From an uncultured bacterium (GTDB taxonomy: Bacteria; Oederibacteriota; Oederibacteriia; Oederibacteriales; Oederibacteriaceae): a stretch of 64,000 bases of DNA. Both the position numbers and the translations under genes were made by a program. The stretch spans positions 1,664,001-1,728,000 of the forward strand of contig OZ218778.1 of assembly GCA_965112635.1 (NCBI GenBank), given 5' to 3'. A model generated the notes under the pieces. It did not search any database. It saw only the letters and a program-made list of their open reading frames with translations, and was not told where the DNA came from. Shown in pieces: positions 32,329 to 42,941 of the stretch (positions are counted from its first letter, which is position 1; the number at the start of each line of letters is the position of its first letter).

Positions 32329-32442
32329 GTGAAGGTCAGAGCTTCAGTGAAAAAAATTTGTGAGAAATGCAAAGTAGTCAAGCGAGGCGGGGTGGTCAGG
32401 ATTTTGTGCTCCAACCCGAAGCATAAGCAGAGGCAAGGATAG
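32329..32442 (+). CDS. rpmJ: 50S ribosomal protein L36
   Basis: Manual translation [37 protein letters not shown]; GTG start, GGAGG SD. Confidence 0.98.
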   Translation: MKVRASVKKICEKCKVVKRGGVVRILCSNPKHKQRQG

Positions 32443-32484
32443 GTATCTATATTATTCTAGGTTTCAAGAGGAGAGAGAAACAAG

Positions 32485-32883
32485 ATGGCTAGGATTGCGG
32501 GTGTTGAGTTACCAAAAGAGAAACGAGTTGAAATTGGACTGACCTATATCTTCGGAATAGGAAGGTCGCTTTCCAACAAGATCTTGGCGACCGCGGAAGT
32601 TAATCCTGACACCCGGGTGAAGAATCTGACCGAAAAAGAGGTCCAGAAAATCAAGGACGCTCTTCAGGATATTAAGGTGGAAGGTGATCTGAAGAGGGAG
32701 ATTTCCGTAAACATAAAAAGGTTGATCGATATCGGGACCTACCGCGGGCTGCGTCATCGCAAGAATTTGCCTGTCCGTGGCCAGAGGACCAAGACCAATG
32801 CCAGGACGCGCAAGGGTCCAAAGAAGACCGTGGGGGTCACCAGGCAGGCTGCGGCAAAACCAGCCGCTAAGAAAGAGAGTTAA
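32485..32883 (+). CDS. rpsM: 30S ribosomal protein S13
   Basis: [17 protein letters not shown]. Confidence 0.99.
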   Translation: MARIAGVELPKEKRVEIGLTYIFGIGRSLSNKILATAEVNPDTRVKNLTEKEVQKIKDALQDIKVEGDLKREISVNIKRLIDIGTYRGLRHRKNLPVRGQRTKTNARTRKGPKKTVGVTRQAAAKPAAKKES

Positions 32884-32909
32884 TAGGTTTTCCACCAAAT
32901 CATAGGAGG

Positions 32910-33308
32910 ATGAGCGTGGCTACTAAGAAAGCAGGAAAGATAAAAAAGAAGGAGACCAAGGTCCCTCACCACGGGATCGCGCATATCCAGTCGACCTTTA
33001 ATAACACGATAGTTTCCATTTCGGACCTTACCGGTAACATTATTGTTTGGTCCAGCGCTGGTGCCTTGGGTTTTAAAGGTTCTCGGAAGTCGACGCCCTA
33101 TGCGGCCCAGATTGCCGCCGAGACCTGCGGTAAGAAAGCAATGGAAAAAGGGGTTCAGGAAGTCGATATTTATGTCAAGGGACCTGGAGCCGGGCGAGAA
33201 GCCGCCATTAGGTCTTTGCAGGCCGTGGGGCTGAGTATCAATGCTATCAAGGACGTAACGCCCATTCCCCACAATGGCTGCCGTCCAACCAAGAGAAGGC
33301 GAGTTTAG
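32910..33308 (+). CDS. rpsK: 30S ribosomal protein S11
   Basis: [17 protein letters not shown]. Confidence 0.99.
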   Translation: MSVATKKAGKIKKKETKVPHHGIAHIQSTFNNTIVSISDLTGNIIVWSSAGALGFKGSRKSTPYAAQIAAETCGKKAMEKGVQEVDIYVKGPGAGREAAIRSLQAVGLSINAIKDVTPIPHNGCRPTKRRRV

Positions 33309-33361
33309 GATTTTCAGGGGACCAGATTGGCCCCTTATTTAGAAGGGAGGAAAAAAGAAAA

Positions 33362-33988
33362 GTGGCAAGATATTTAGAGGCATCCTGTAAGCTTTGCAGG
33401 AGGGAAGGGATTAAGTTGTTCCTGAAAGGCGAGCGATGCTATACCACTAAATGCGCCATCGAGCGCAGGAACAGTCCTCCGGGGCAGCATGGGGAGAGAA
33501 GGTCTAAAGCGTCCGAGTATGGTCTTAGATTGAGAGAGAAACAAAAGCTCAAGAGGCTCTATGGGATTCTGGAGAGGCAGCTGAGGAGATATTTCAGTGC
33601 TGCATCTAGGAAAAAAGGAATCACGGGTGAATATTTGTTCAAACTTCTGGAGACCAGGTTGGATCACGTGGTTTCACGGATGGGTTTTGCCGCCAACCAC
33701 AACATGGCGCGCCAATTTATCAACCACGGTCATTTTTTGGTCAATGAGAAACCTGTTAGTATCCCTTCTTATCAGATGAAGCAAGGGGATGTCATCACCG
33801 TCAAGGCGGGCAGCAGGGAGATTCCACAGATTAAAGAAGCCATCGAACAGGCCAAAAAAAGAGGCGTACCCAACTGGTGCGAGGTCAATTTTGAGCAGTT
33901 CCAGGGAACCTTAAAGTCCATTCCCTCGCGAGAAGACATCAACGCTCCTGTACAGGAACAACTGATCGTCGAGTTTTATTCCAAATAA
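33362..33988 (+). CDS. rpsD: 30S ribosomal protein S4
   Basis: CKLCRREG, PGQHG, LIVEFYSK. Confidence 0.99.
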   Translation: MARYLEASCKLCRREGIKLFLKGERCYTTKCAIERRNSPPGQHGERRSKASEYGLRLREKQKLKRLYGILERQLRRYFSAASRKKGITGEYLFKLLETRLDHVVSRMGFAANHNMARQFINHGHFLVNEKPVSIPSYQMKQGDVITVKAGSREIPQIKEAIEQAKKRGVPNWCEVNFEQFQGTLKSIPSREDINAPVQEQLIVEFYSK

Positions 33989-34003
33989 GAGGAGGCTTGA
34001 GGC

Positions 34004-34978
34004 ATGAAGTTTAAGAATATGGAAAAACCCCGCAGGTTGGAATGGGATCAAGATAGTTTGACGGAGACCTACGGTAAATGCTATGTGGAGCCTTTTGAAA
34101 GAGGTTATGGCATCACCGTTGGAAACGCTCTGCGCAGAATTTTGCTATCGTCCATTCCCAGTGCGGCCATAACAAGCGCGAAGATCGACGGGGTTTTGCA
34201 TGAGTTTTCCACAGCCCCGGGAGTGGTGGAGGACATCACCCAGATTCTTATGAATCTAAAACAAGTCCGCTTGATCTACGACGGTGAAGAGCCCAAGCTT
34301 ATTCGCTTGCAGGTAGAGGGTGAGAGGGAAGTCCGGGCCAGGGATATCGAGACTGACGAGACTATGAAAGTCCTCAATCCCGATCTCCACATTGCCACGC
34401 TTAACAGCCGCGAAGCAAAACTGGCTATTGAGATGCGCGTGGAGGTGGGGCGCGGATACGTCCCCTCGGAGAATTTGAAGAGGGAAGACCAGGCAATCGG
34501 CGAGGTTGCTCTGGACGCTATTTTTTCTCCCATCAAAAGGGTGAAGTTCAACGTGGAGAACACCAGGGTGGGACAAATGACAGACTATGAGAAGCTGGTG
34601 ATGGAGATTTGGACCGATGGCCGGGTCAAACCCCAGGACGTTCTGACCGAGGCTGTGCGGCTCTATAAAGAGCATCTAGCCATTTTTGACCACGAAGAAG
34701 AAGTTAAAGCCCAGAAGAGCATGGACAATGTCGATGAGGAAAAAGAAAAGCTTAAAGAACTGCTCACCAAGAGCGTGGAAGAACTGGAGTTTTCAGTCAG
34801 GGCTGCCAACTGCCTGAGAAATGCGAACATCAAAACCATAGGCGATCTTGTTCAAAAGACCGAGGCTGAAATGCTCAAATATAGAAATTTCGGCAGAAAG
34901 TCCTTAACTGAGATTAAAGAAGTCCTAGCCGAAATGAATTTGAGCTTGGGTATGAAAACAGACTCAGCGGAAGAATGA
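34004..34978 (+). CDS. rpoA: RNA polymerase alpha subunit
   Basis: EPFERGYGITVGNALRR, SVRAANCL, NFGRKSL. Confidence 0.99.
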   Translation: MKFKNMEKPRRLEWDQDSLTETYGKCYVEPFERGYGITVGNALRRILLSSIPSAAITSAKIDGVLHEFSTAPGVVEDITQILMNLKQVRLIYDGEEPKLIRLQVEGEREVRARDIETDETMKVLNPDLHIATLNSREAKLAIEMRVEVGRGYVPSENLKREDQAIGEVALDAIFSPIKRVKFNVENTRVGQMTDYEKLVMEIWTDGRVKPQDVLTEAVRLYKEHLAIFDHEEEVKAQKSMDNVDEEKEKLKELLTKSVEELEFSVRAANCLRNANIKTIGDLVQKTEAEMLKYRNFGRKSLTEIKEVLAEMNLSLGMKTDSAEE

Positions 34979-34988
34979 GGAGACGATC

Positions 34989-35417
34989 ATGAGGCACGGC
35001 GTTGCCGGAAGAAAATTGGGGCGAAGGACCAGCCATAAAGAAGCGATGTTGCAAAACATGGTCTGTTCTCTTTTTCGTCATGGAAGGATATTTACCACCC
35101 TAGGTAAGGCCAAAGAGGCAGCCCCCTTGGCCAATCACTTAATCGCCGTGGCCAAAAAAGGTGATCTCGCAGGCCGGCGGTATGTTTTGAGGTTCATGCC
35201 GGATAAAGAAGTCGTTAAAAAACTTTTTGACGTGATCGTCAAATGGAATCCTGAGAGAAAGAGCGGCTTCACCAGGATCTTGCGAGTTGGGACTCGCAAA
35301 GGGGATGCTGCTCCAGTGGTCCTTTTGGAATTAATCGATAAACCGCAGGAAGCTCCCAAGGAAAAAGAAAAAAAGAAAGAAAAAGCTGCAGAAAAGACTC
35401 AGCCCGCCAAGTTGTAA
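34989..35417 (+). CDS. rplQ: 50S ribosomal protein L17
   Basis: MRHGVAGRKLGR, RKGDAAP. Confidence 0.99.
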   Translation: MRHGVAGRKLGRRTSHKEAMLQNMVCSLFRHGRIFTTLGKAKEAAPLANHLIAVAKKGDLAGRRYVLRFMPDKEVVKKLFDVIVKWNPERKSGFTRILRVGTRKGDAAPVVLLELIDKPQEAPKEKEKKKEKAAEKTQPAKL

Positions 35418-35452
35418 GGTGTCCGCCCGAAGGGGCTGGGAGGAGTGTTTAA

Positions 35453-37750
35453 ATGGAGATTAACGAGTTACTAAAGAAAATGATCTCCCAGAGCGCCTCG
35501 GACATCCATTTTAAAGCCGGGCTCCCTCCCCTGTTACGCATCGATGGCGATCTTAACCGCCTAGAAAGTTACCCTCCTTTGACCCCTCAAGATACTGAAC
35601 AGCTGGCTAAAAGCCTTATGAACCCGAACCAGCAAGCTCAATTGAATCAAAAGAACGAAGTCGATTTGGCCTATCAGGTTCCCAACCTAGCCAGATTCAG
35701 GGCCAATATTTTCAGGCAAAAAGGGAGCATTGAGATTGTCATGCGGGCGATCCCCATGATGGTTCCGACCGTGGAGGAGCTGAACCTTCCACCTGTCTTA
35801 AAAGATCTGGCATTAAGCGCCCGTGGACTTATCCTGGTCACCGGGATCACAGGAAGCGGTAAAAGCTCTACCATTGCGGCAATGATCGATTATGTAAACC
35901 GGATGAGGCCTTACCATATCATCACTATCGAAGACCCCGTGGAATTCGTGTTTTCCGACCAGCAGAGCTCCATTTCCCAGAGAGAGGTTGGCCTGGACAC
36001 GGACAGTTTCGGAGCGGCTCTGAAATATTCCTTGCGCCAGGATCCCGATGTATTGGTGATAGGAGAAATGAGGGATATGGAGACGGCTTCGATCGCACTC
36101 ACTGCGGCTGAGACCGGACACCTTGTTTTTTCCACCCTTCACACGATCGACGCCATTCAAACCATAGACAGGATCATCGATTTTTTTCCTCCTAACCAGC
36201 AGGAACAGATCAGGCTGCAGTTCTCCAACGTCCTGGTGAGCACTGTTTCTATGCGCCTCATAGCCAGATCGGGCGAGAAAGGAAGGGTTCCCGCGGTAGA
36301 AGTTTTAATTGCCACGCCCACTATCAAGGGCTATATTCGCGAAAAAAAGATGGGTTCTATCCGCAACGCTATTGAAGAGGGGGCTAGCCAGTACAAGATG
36401 CAGTCCTTTGATATGTCGCTACTGGAACTTTACCAAAAAGGCTTTATTTCCCGCGAGGACGCACTGGCTGAGGCCAGCAATTCCGGCGACTTGGCCCTCC
36501 AGATGAAAGGTATCAGCCGAAGCGGCGCTTCTGCACAAGGGCAGATGAAGTCATTCGAGGATGAGGTGGAACGCCAAAATATCCAGGAAAAACTTCGTGT
36601 TTGCAGGGAATACATCCTGAAACAACGCGTTGAGGACGCCCTAGAAACCTTGCAGGAAATTTTAAAACGTTACCCTAACCATCCAGATGCTTCCGCGTTG
36701 TTCAAAGAGGCGCACAGTCGCCTGGGAGACGAGGCCAAAAAAGCAAAGGTGCGCAGCTTGTTGACCAAGGCCATTGCTCAGTTCCAGATAGGAAAGGTCG
36801 ACGAGGCGGTAGCTATGTGGCAGCAATGTTTGTCGCTGGATCCAGGGAACAAGCAGACCCTAGCGCTTCTGGAGGAAACGGAAAAACATCTGGCTGTGCC
36901 CGAGACGGCAGAGCTGAAATACACCAAGGCCCAGGTTTTGGTCCTCTTGGATAAAATGAAAGAAGCTTTGCCCTTGCTCGATGAGGTTCTAAGGACTAAT
37001 CCCAATCACCAGCAGGCCAAGGTCCTGCAGGCCCAGCTCAGGGATTCCCTGCAAAACCTCGACAAGATCAAGGAGTCCGACAAGCTTATCCATGAGGCTT
37101 CCATGCTTTTCGAGGAGGGAGAGTTCTTGCAGTCCACGCAAAAGTGGTTCCAGGCCAACGCAGTCCTGCGACGTTCGGAGACCGAAGAAAAATGCGACAG
37201 GGCTTTGAAAAAATCCGTGGAAAAGGCCATGGAAGGGATCAGCCAGGATTCGGCTAACTGGGACCTTTACCATCATCTCATCAGCGAAGCCGTGGACGCT
37301 TTTTCCAAGGAAAGGTATCTGGCCGCCTTGGGTTTTTGGAAAAAGGTCGCTGAACAGAATCCCCTGCACCGTCAGACCCAGGACAACATTAATTTCGTCA
37401 AGGTCAAGATCGAAGAGATCGTGCACCAGGGCCTGAAAAACGCTGAGGAGTTCTCGCGCAGTGGAAGGATCGGCGAAGCCATGCAGGCTTGTCGAGAGGT
37501 TTTAGCTGTTGATCCCGACAACGCAGCTGCCAAGGGTTGGTTAGAGAAGACCGAGCCGTTGGTTAGGGAGCAGCTGGTCAAGCTTTACCAGGAAGGGGTA
37601 AATCATTTTAACGAAAACAAGTTCAAAGAGGCCATTGCTGCTTGGGAAAAAGTATTACTCTTGAACCCCACCCACGATCATGCTCGCCAGAACATCTCCA
37701 GGGCAAAAGAAAAGATGCAGATGATTGAGGGTAAGAAAACCGGTAAGTAG
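35453..37750 (+). CDS. PilT/PilU-family type IV pilus ATPase fused to a C-terminal TPR-repeat region
   Basis: ASDIH, Walker A GITGSGKSST, TIEDPVE, LRQDPD..IGEMRD, His box TGHLVFSTLH; about 400 aa of TPR-like repeats (LSLDPGN, LAVDPDN, LLLNPTH). Confidence 0.92.
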   Translation: MEINELLKKMISQSASDIHFKAGLPPLLRIDGDLNRLESYPPLTPQDTEQLAKSLMNPNQQAQLNQKNEVDLAYQVPNLARFRANIFRQKGSIEIVMRAIPMMVPTVEELNLPPVLKDLALSARGLILVTGITGSGKSSTIAAMIDYVNRMRPYHIITIEDPVEFVFSDQQSSISQREVGLDTDSFGAALKYSLRQDPDVLVIGEMRDMETASIALTAAETGHLVFSTLHTIDAIQTIDRIIDFFPPNQQEQIRLQFSNVLVSTVSMRLIARSGEKGRVPAVEVLIATPTIKGYIREKKMGSIRNAIEEGASQYKMQSFDMSLLELYQKGFISREDALAEASNSGDLALQMKGISRSGASAQGQMKSFEDEVERQNIQEKLRVCREYILKQRVEDALETLQEILKRYPNHPDASALFKEAHSRLGDEAKKAKVRSLLTKAIAQFQIGKVDEAVAMWQQCLSLDPGNKQTLALLEETEKHLAVPETAELKYTKAQVLVLLDKMKEALPLLDEVLRTNPNHQQAKVLQAQLRDSLQNLDKIKESDKLIHEASMLFEEGEFLQSTQKWFQANAVLRRSETEEKCDRALKKSVEKAMEGISQDSANWDLYHHLISEAVDAFSKERYLAALGFWKKVAEQNPLHRQTQDNINFVKVKIEEIVHQGLKNAEEFSRSGRIGEAMQACREVLAVDPDNAAAKGWLEKTEPLVREQLVKLYQEGVNHFNENKFKEAIAAWEKVLLLNPTHDHARQNISRAKEKMQMIEGKKTGK

Positions 37751-37896
37751 CTTTCCCCAGCTTTTATACCTGTTTTAATCCGTTACCCTATTCTCAAGCC
37801 GGGGGGTGCTCCATTCCTCTAGTTCCAATCTGAGAGCCTATTTGGTAAACTATTTAAAATCTTTTTTGGCCATTTTTTAAAAGGACGGACAAAACT

Positions 37897-38943
37897 ATGA
37901 AATTGAAAGTTGGAGTTTTGGGGGCTACGGGCTATGCGGGAGTAGAGCTTTTAAGGATCCTTTTGAAACATCCCGGTGTATCCCTGGAGGCGGCCACTTC
38001 GGAAACCTACGCGGGCAAAAGAATAAACGAGGTTTATCCCTCTTTTCTCAAGAATCTGGATATTGTCCTGGAAAAGCCGGCGCTTTCCAAGCTTATCCAT
38101 CGGTGCGACTTTTTCTTTCTAGCCCTCCCTCACGGTGAAGCCATGAGTTGGGTACCCCAGCTCATTAAGGCCGGTAAGACTATGGTTGATGTGAGCGGTG
38201 ATTTCCGGCTTAAGGATGCCAAAGCCTATCCCCGGTGGTACGGGTTCGGTCACAAGGCGCCTTCCCTTTTAAAGCAGGCAGTCTACGGACTTCCGGAGCT
38301 CCATCATGAAGAGATCCGGGGGGCCTCTTTAGTGGCCAATCCTGGCTGTTATCCCACCTCAGTGATCCTAGCCGCAGCTCCTTTGCAACACCAAAAAATC
38401 ATCCGGCCAGACAGCTTAACCATAGACTCCAAATCCGGCATTTCCGGATACGGCCGGAAAGTCACTTTGACTGTGCATTACGCTGAAATCAATGAAAATA
38501 TGGAGGCATACAAGGTTGGGGGAGTACACCAGCATATCCCGGAGATGGAACAGGAGCTGAGCCTAGTGGCCGGCAAGAAAGTGGTCTTAAGCTTCACGCC
38601 GCATTACGCGCCCTTCACCAGGGGGATTTTCAGCACGGTCTATGCCGACCTGTCTAAGAACCTCTCACTTGGTGACTTGGTGGAACTTTACAGCGAATTT
38701 TACAAGGACGTTCCGTTCGTCCGGGTCTATCCCCAGGGCAACCTACCCGATGTCAAGGCGGTCTATGGGTCCAACTATTGCGACCTGGGCCTGGCCCTGG
38801 ACAGCAGGACTAAAAAAGTCATTGTCATCTCCACCATCGACAATTTGGTCAAAGGAGCGGCCGGACAGGCCGTTCAGAATATGAACCTCATGGCGGGATT
38901 CCCCGAGACCACGGGTCTCCAGGATCCGGGCCTGGTCCCCTGA
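37897..38943 (+). CDS. argC: N-acetyl-gamma-glutamyl-phosphate reductase
   Basis: GATGYAG, ANPGCYPT, DNLVKGAAGQA. Confidence 0.98.
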   Translation: MKLKVGVLGATGYAGVELLRILLKHPGVSLEAATSETYAGKRINEVYPSFLKNLDIVLEKPALSKLIHRCDFFFLALPHGEAMSWVPQLIKAGKTMVDVSGDFRLKDAKAYPRWYGFGHKAPSLLKQAVYGLPELHHEEIRGASLVANPGCYPTSVILAAAPLQHQKIIRPDSLTIDSKSGISGYGRKVTLTVHYAEINENMEAYKVGGVHQHIPEMEQELSLVAGKKVVLSFTPHYAPFTRGIFSTVYADLSKNLSLGDLVELYSEFYKDVPFVRVYPQGNLPDVKAVYGSNYCDLGLALDSRTKKVIVISTIDNLVKGAAGQAVQNMNLMAGFPETTGLQDPGLVP

Positions 38944-38950
38944 CGCCGCT

Positions 38951-40174
38951 ATGGCCAAATTCAACCCTATCCCAGGAGGGGTCACCGCCCCTGAAGGTTA
39001 TATAGCCGGGGCCGCGGCCTGCGGCCTGAAAAAGAATGGCAAAACCGACCTGGGACTGCTGTTTTCTATGGTTTCGGCCCAGACCACTGCCTGTTTCACT
39101 GCCAACCGGGTCAAAGCAGCTCCGCTTCTGTGGGACATGGCCAAATTGGACAGGTCCAGCTTGACCAAAGCCGTGCTGGCCAACAGCGGTAACGCCAATG
39201 CCTGCACGGGTAAGCCGGGTTTGGTCGTGGCCGACAAGAGCGCTACTTTCGCTGCCAAAGTCTTGCACATCACCGAGAGAGAAGTTTTCGTCTGCTCCAC
39301 CGGGGTCATCGGCCGGTCTTTGCCCCTCAAGAATATCCAGGAGGGAGTGCTCCGGTGCGTCCCTCAATTGAGCCGGCCGGGCCATCTCAGTTTTGCCAAA
39401 GCTATCATGACCACGGACACGGTCCCTAAGGAATGCGGGGTAGAAGTTTCCCTGGGCAAACACAAGGTCCGGATAGGCGGATGCGCCAAGGGTTCGGGCA
39501 TGGTCAATCCCAACATGGTCCCGCACGCCACGGTCCTGGTCTTTTTGACCACGGACGCCTCTCTGTCTTTGGCGTTGCAAAAGAAAGCGCTGGAATCAGC
39601 GGTCAATGTCTCGTTCAATAGTTTGACTGTGGATGGCGACGCCAGCACCAACGATACGGTAGTCCTGCTGGCCAACGGACAAAGTGTTGCCCCCAAAATA
39701 GAAAAGGAAGGTCCAGCATGGAAGGCTTTTACGGAAGGTCTCACATTTGTATGTGTTTCCCTGGCCAAGATGCTGGCTGCGGACGGTGAGGGCGCCACAA
39801 AATATGTGGAAGTGTGCGTCAAAGGGGCTGCCAGCGTTGCTGAGGCTCAAAAGGCCGCCAAAGCCGTGGCTAACTCGCCGTTGGTCAAGACCGCCCTTTT
39901 TGGCAGGGATGCCAACTGGGGCAGGATCATGTGCGCCCTAGGGAATTCAGGTGCCAAATTTGATCCTGAAAAAACGAGTATTTCGATCAATAAAAGTCTC
40001 CTGGTGAGGAATGGACAGGCCGTGGCTATGTCCGAAAAAGAACAGAACAAACTGCTTCAGCCGAAGAAGATCCTCATCGAGGCCGACCTCAAGAACGACA
40101 AATACTCGGCCAAAGTGTTTACCTGCGACCTTTCCGTGGATTATGTCAGGATCAACGGCGGATACCGGAGTTAA
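38951..40174 (+). CDS. argJ: Ornithine acetyltransferase / N-acetylglutamate synthase
   Basis: NSGNANACTG, AKGSGM, STNDT, DGEGATK, DANWGR. Confidence 0.97.
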   Translation: MAKFNPIPGGVTAPEGYIAGAAACGLKKNGKTDLGLLFSMVSAQTTACFTANRVKAAPLLWDMAKLDRSSLTKAVLANSGNANACTGKPGLVVADKSATFAAKVLHITEREVFVCSTGVIGRSLPLKNIQEGVLRCVPQLSRPGHLSFAKAIMTTDTVPKECGVEVSLGKHKVRIGGCAKGSGMVNPNMVPHATVLVFLTTDASLSLALQKKALESAVNVSFNSLTVDGDASTNDTVVLLANGQSVAPKIEKEGPAWKAFTEGLTFVCVSLAKMLAADGEGATKYVEVCVKGAASVAEAQKAAKAVANSPLVKTALFGRDANWGRIMCALGNSGAKFDPEKTSISINKSLLVRNGQAVAMSEKEQNKLLQPKKILIEADLKNDKYSAKVFTCDLSVDYVRINGGYRS

Positions 40175-40250
40175 ACCTGTCGGGAACAATTACCTTTGAA
40201 ATCTCTGGTTCGTTCCGAATTAACCATTTTGTGAGGGGGTTTTTAGGGTT

Positions 40251-41171
40251 GTGAGCAAAGTAAAGCTTTATATTGAAGAGGCAAGACTACCATTTGTGAC
40301 TGCGACTATCGTGCCGGTCGTGTTGGGTGCGTCCGTGGCCTGGTACCAACTCCATAGCTTTAACTGGTTCTTTTTTATCCTAGCCCTGGTAGGGGGGCTC
40401 TTCATCCACGCTGGCCTGAACATCGCCAACGACTATTATGACCACACTTCGGGAGTGGACGAACTTAATAAAATAAAAACTCCTTTCAGCGGTGGCAGTC
40501 GTATGATCCAAAAAAAGCTGCTCACACCCCGAGAAGTCCTGATCGAAAGTCTTATCTGTTTCGGGATAGGCGGGGCCATAGGGCTTTATCTCAACTGGAT
40601 GTTGCCTGGCAACACCCTGCTGTGGATCGGGGTTGTCGGTATATTCTTGGCATTCTTTTACACAGCCAGCCCTTTGCGAATCGGTTATACGGGATTTGGC
40701 GAGCTTATCACCGCTATTGGTTTCGGACCCGTCATGGTGCTGGGTTCCTATTTCACCCAGGCCGCCAAGCTTGACGGCCTGGCGCTTTTTGCCTCAGTCC
40801 CGGTGGCTATCATGGTAGCCCTTATTCTTTATATCAATGAGTTCCCTGACTTTGACGCCGATAAGGCTGGCCATAAAAGGACCTTGGTCGTGATCCTGGG
40901 AAAGCGCAGGGCGGTCAAGCTGTACTTTTTCCTTCTAGGGCTGACTTACGTCTGGGTCCTCGTTGGGATCGTGCTGCGCTATTTCCCCTTAGCCAGTCTC
41001 ACGGTCCTGCTCACCCTGCCCCTTTGCTGGAAAGCGATGAGCATTGCGGGTCGCCATTATAATAATATTAAGGAACTGATCCCGGCCAACGCCATGACTA
41101 TAGGCTTGCACCTGGCCATCGGAATGCTCTTGAGCCTTAGCTATATTATTGCCCCGTTCATCCATTCATAG
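40251..41171 (+). CDS. menA: 1,4-dihydroxy-2-naphthoate prenyltransferase (MenA/UbiA family)
   Basis: NIANDYYD, FSGGSR, INEFPDFDADK..KRTL, multiple TM helices. Confidence 0.85.
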   Translation: MSKVKLYIEEARLPFVTATIVPVVLGASVAWYQLHSFNWFFFILALVGGLFIHAGLNIANDYYDHTSGVDELNKIKTPFSGGSRMIQKKLLTPREVLIESLICFGIGGAIGLYLNWMLPGNTLLWIGVVGIFLAFFYTASPLRIGYTGFGELITAIGFGPVMVLGSYFTQAAKLDGLALFASVPVAIMVALILYINEFPDFDADKAGHKRTLVVILGKRRAVKLYFFLLGLTYVWVLVGIVLRYFPLASLTVLLTLPLCWKAMSIAGRHYNNIKELIPANAMTIGLHLAIGMLLSLSYIIAPFIHS

Positions 41172-41183
41172 AAGGAGAGTCGT

Positions 41184-41984
41184 ATGGCTAATTATTTGCG
41201 ACCTTTGATCGATGTGGCCTGGGAGGCCGGTGGTATCCTTAAGGCCAAGATGGGCAAACTGCGCAAGATCGAGCGTAAAACAGGCTGGTCCAATATCGTG
41301 ACCGAGGCGGACAAGGCTTCGGAAAAACTGATCATTAAGAGGTGGCGCAAGCTTTTTCCAAGTCATGCTATCCTTGGCGAGGAGCGGGGCAAAGTGCGGG
41401 GCAGACAGAAGTCCGGGTTCCGGCTTATCGTGGACCCTCTGGATGGCACCAACAACTACACCCATGGGTTCCCATTTTTTGCCGTGTCCGTGGGTCTGGA
41501 AGAAAATGGCATGCCTGTGGCCGGAGTGGTTTACGCGCCAATGCTCAAGGAGTTTTTTTACGCTGAAAAGGGCGGTGGCGCGTATTTGAACAAAAAACGC
41601 ATCCATGTTTCCAGTGTCAGGAGGCTGGAAAAAAGCCTGCTGGCGACTGGATTTTCTTATAGGATGTGGACCAATCCGGACGACAACTTGGATAATTTCG
41701 CTATGATGCTTAAAAAAGCGCATGGCATTCGCCGTCCCGGGGCCGCGTCCATTGATTTGTGCTATGTCGCTTGCGGCAGGTTTGACGGGTATTGGGAGTT
41801 GGACCTTTATCCCTGGGACATCAGCGCGGGCCGCATGATCGTTAAAGAAGCGGGTGGCTTGGTCACGGATTTTACAGGACAGCCCTATACCTATGACCGG
41901 GTGGATATTCTGGCTTCTAACGGCCTTATCCATCGTCAGATGAGTAAAGTCTTGTTGAACGGGACTGTTGGAGCGAATCGATGA
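41184..41984 (+). CDS. suhB: Inositol monophosphatase family protein (SuhB)
   Basis: VTEAD, GEE, DPLDGTNNY, WDISAG. Confidence 0.9.
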   Translation: MANYLRPLIDVAWEAGGILKAKMGKLRKIERKTGWSNIVTEADKASEKLIIKRWRKLFPSHAILGEERGKVRGRQKSGFRLIVDPLDGTNNYTHGFPFFAVSVGLEENGMPVAGVVYAPMLKEFFYAEKGGGAYLNKKRIHVSSVRRLEKSLLATGFSYRMWTNPDDNLDNFAMMLKKAHGIRRPGAASIDLCYVACGRFDGYWELDLYPWDISAGRMIVKEAGGLVTDFTGQPYTYDRVDILASNGLIHRQMSKVLLNGTVGANR

Positions 41985-42937
41985 AAGTTGTGGTCATCGG
42001 CGCGACGGGGCATGTGGGCACCTACCTTGTCCCTAGGCTGGTCGAGGCCGGACATGTCACGGTCAGCGTGAGCCGGTGTCAAAGGCAGCCCTACCTGGAC
42101 CATTCAGCCTGGTCAAAGGTCCAGAAAATAGTTCTGGACCGCAATGGCAAGGATAGCGAAAAATTCGGCCGGGCCATCGCCGACCTCAAGCCCGAGGTGG
42201 TCGTGGACATGCTATGCTACAGGCCTGAGCAGGCCGAACAGATGGTGGATTGCCTCAAAGGCAGGGTCAGCCAGTACCTATGCTGCGGCACCATTTGGGT
42301 ATATGGCCGGAGCACGACCGTTCCCACCACGGAAGACAGGCTCAGAGTGCCTCTAGGAGACTATGGTATTCAAAAGGCGTCTCTGGAAACTTTTCTTCTC
42401 AAACAAGTCAAAGAAAACCATTTCCCGGCTGCCTTGTTCCATCCTGGCCATATTGTGGGTCAAGGATGGACTCCCCTGAACCCCGTCGGGCATTTCAACC
42501 CCCAAGTATTTGTAAAGATTAGTAGAGGGGAAGAGCTTGTTTTACCCAATCTGGGTATGGAGACCGTGCATCACATCCACGCTGACGACATCGCCTCTGC
42601 CATCGTCCAGATGATGGGCAACTGGGACCGCTGCGTTGGTGAGAGTTTTAACATCGTTTCTCCCCAGGCCCTGACCCTTAGAGGTTTTAGCGAAGGGATG
42701 TTTGAGTGGTTTGGTCAAAAGCCCAATTTGAAATTCCTTCCTTTTGAGGAGTGGCAAAAAACCGTGTCCAGTGAAGAAGCCCAAGACACCCTAGAGCATA
42801 TATCCCACAGCCCATGTTGCAGCATAGAAAAGGCATCCCGGCGATTTAACTACAAGCCCAAATACTCCTCCATGCAGGCCGTAGGTGAGTCTGTGGAATG
42901 GCTGATCCAAAACAAAGTTATCAAGGTCGGGAGATGA
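41981..42937 (+). CDS. NAD-dependent epimerase/dehydratase (extended SDR)
   Basis: GATGHVG, YGIQK (YxxxK). Confidence 0.85.
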   Translation: MKVVVIGATGHVGTYLVPRLVEAGHVTVSVSRCQRQPYLDHSAWSKVQKIVLDRNGKDSEKFGRAIADLKPEVVVDMLCYRPEQAEQMVDCLKGRVSQYLCCGTIWVYGRSTTVPTTEDRLRVPLGDYGIQKASLETFLLKQVKENHFPAALFHPGHIVGQGWTPLNPVGHFNPQVFVKISRGEELVLPNLGMETVHHIHADDIASAIVQMMGNWDRCVGESFNIVSPQALTLRGFSEGMFEWFGQKPNLKFLPFEEWQKTVSSEEAQDTLEHISHSPCCSIEKASRRFNYKPKYSSMQAVGESVEWLIQNKVIKVGR

Positions 42938-42941
42938 CCAA

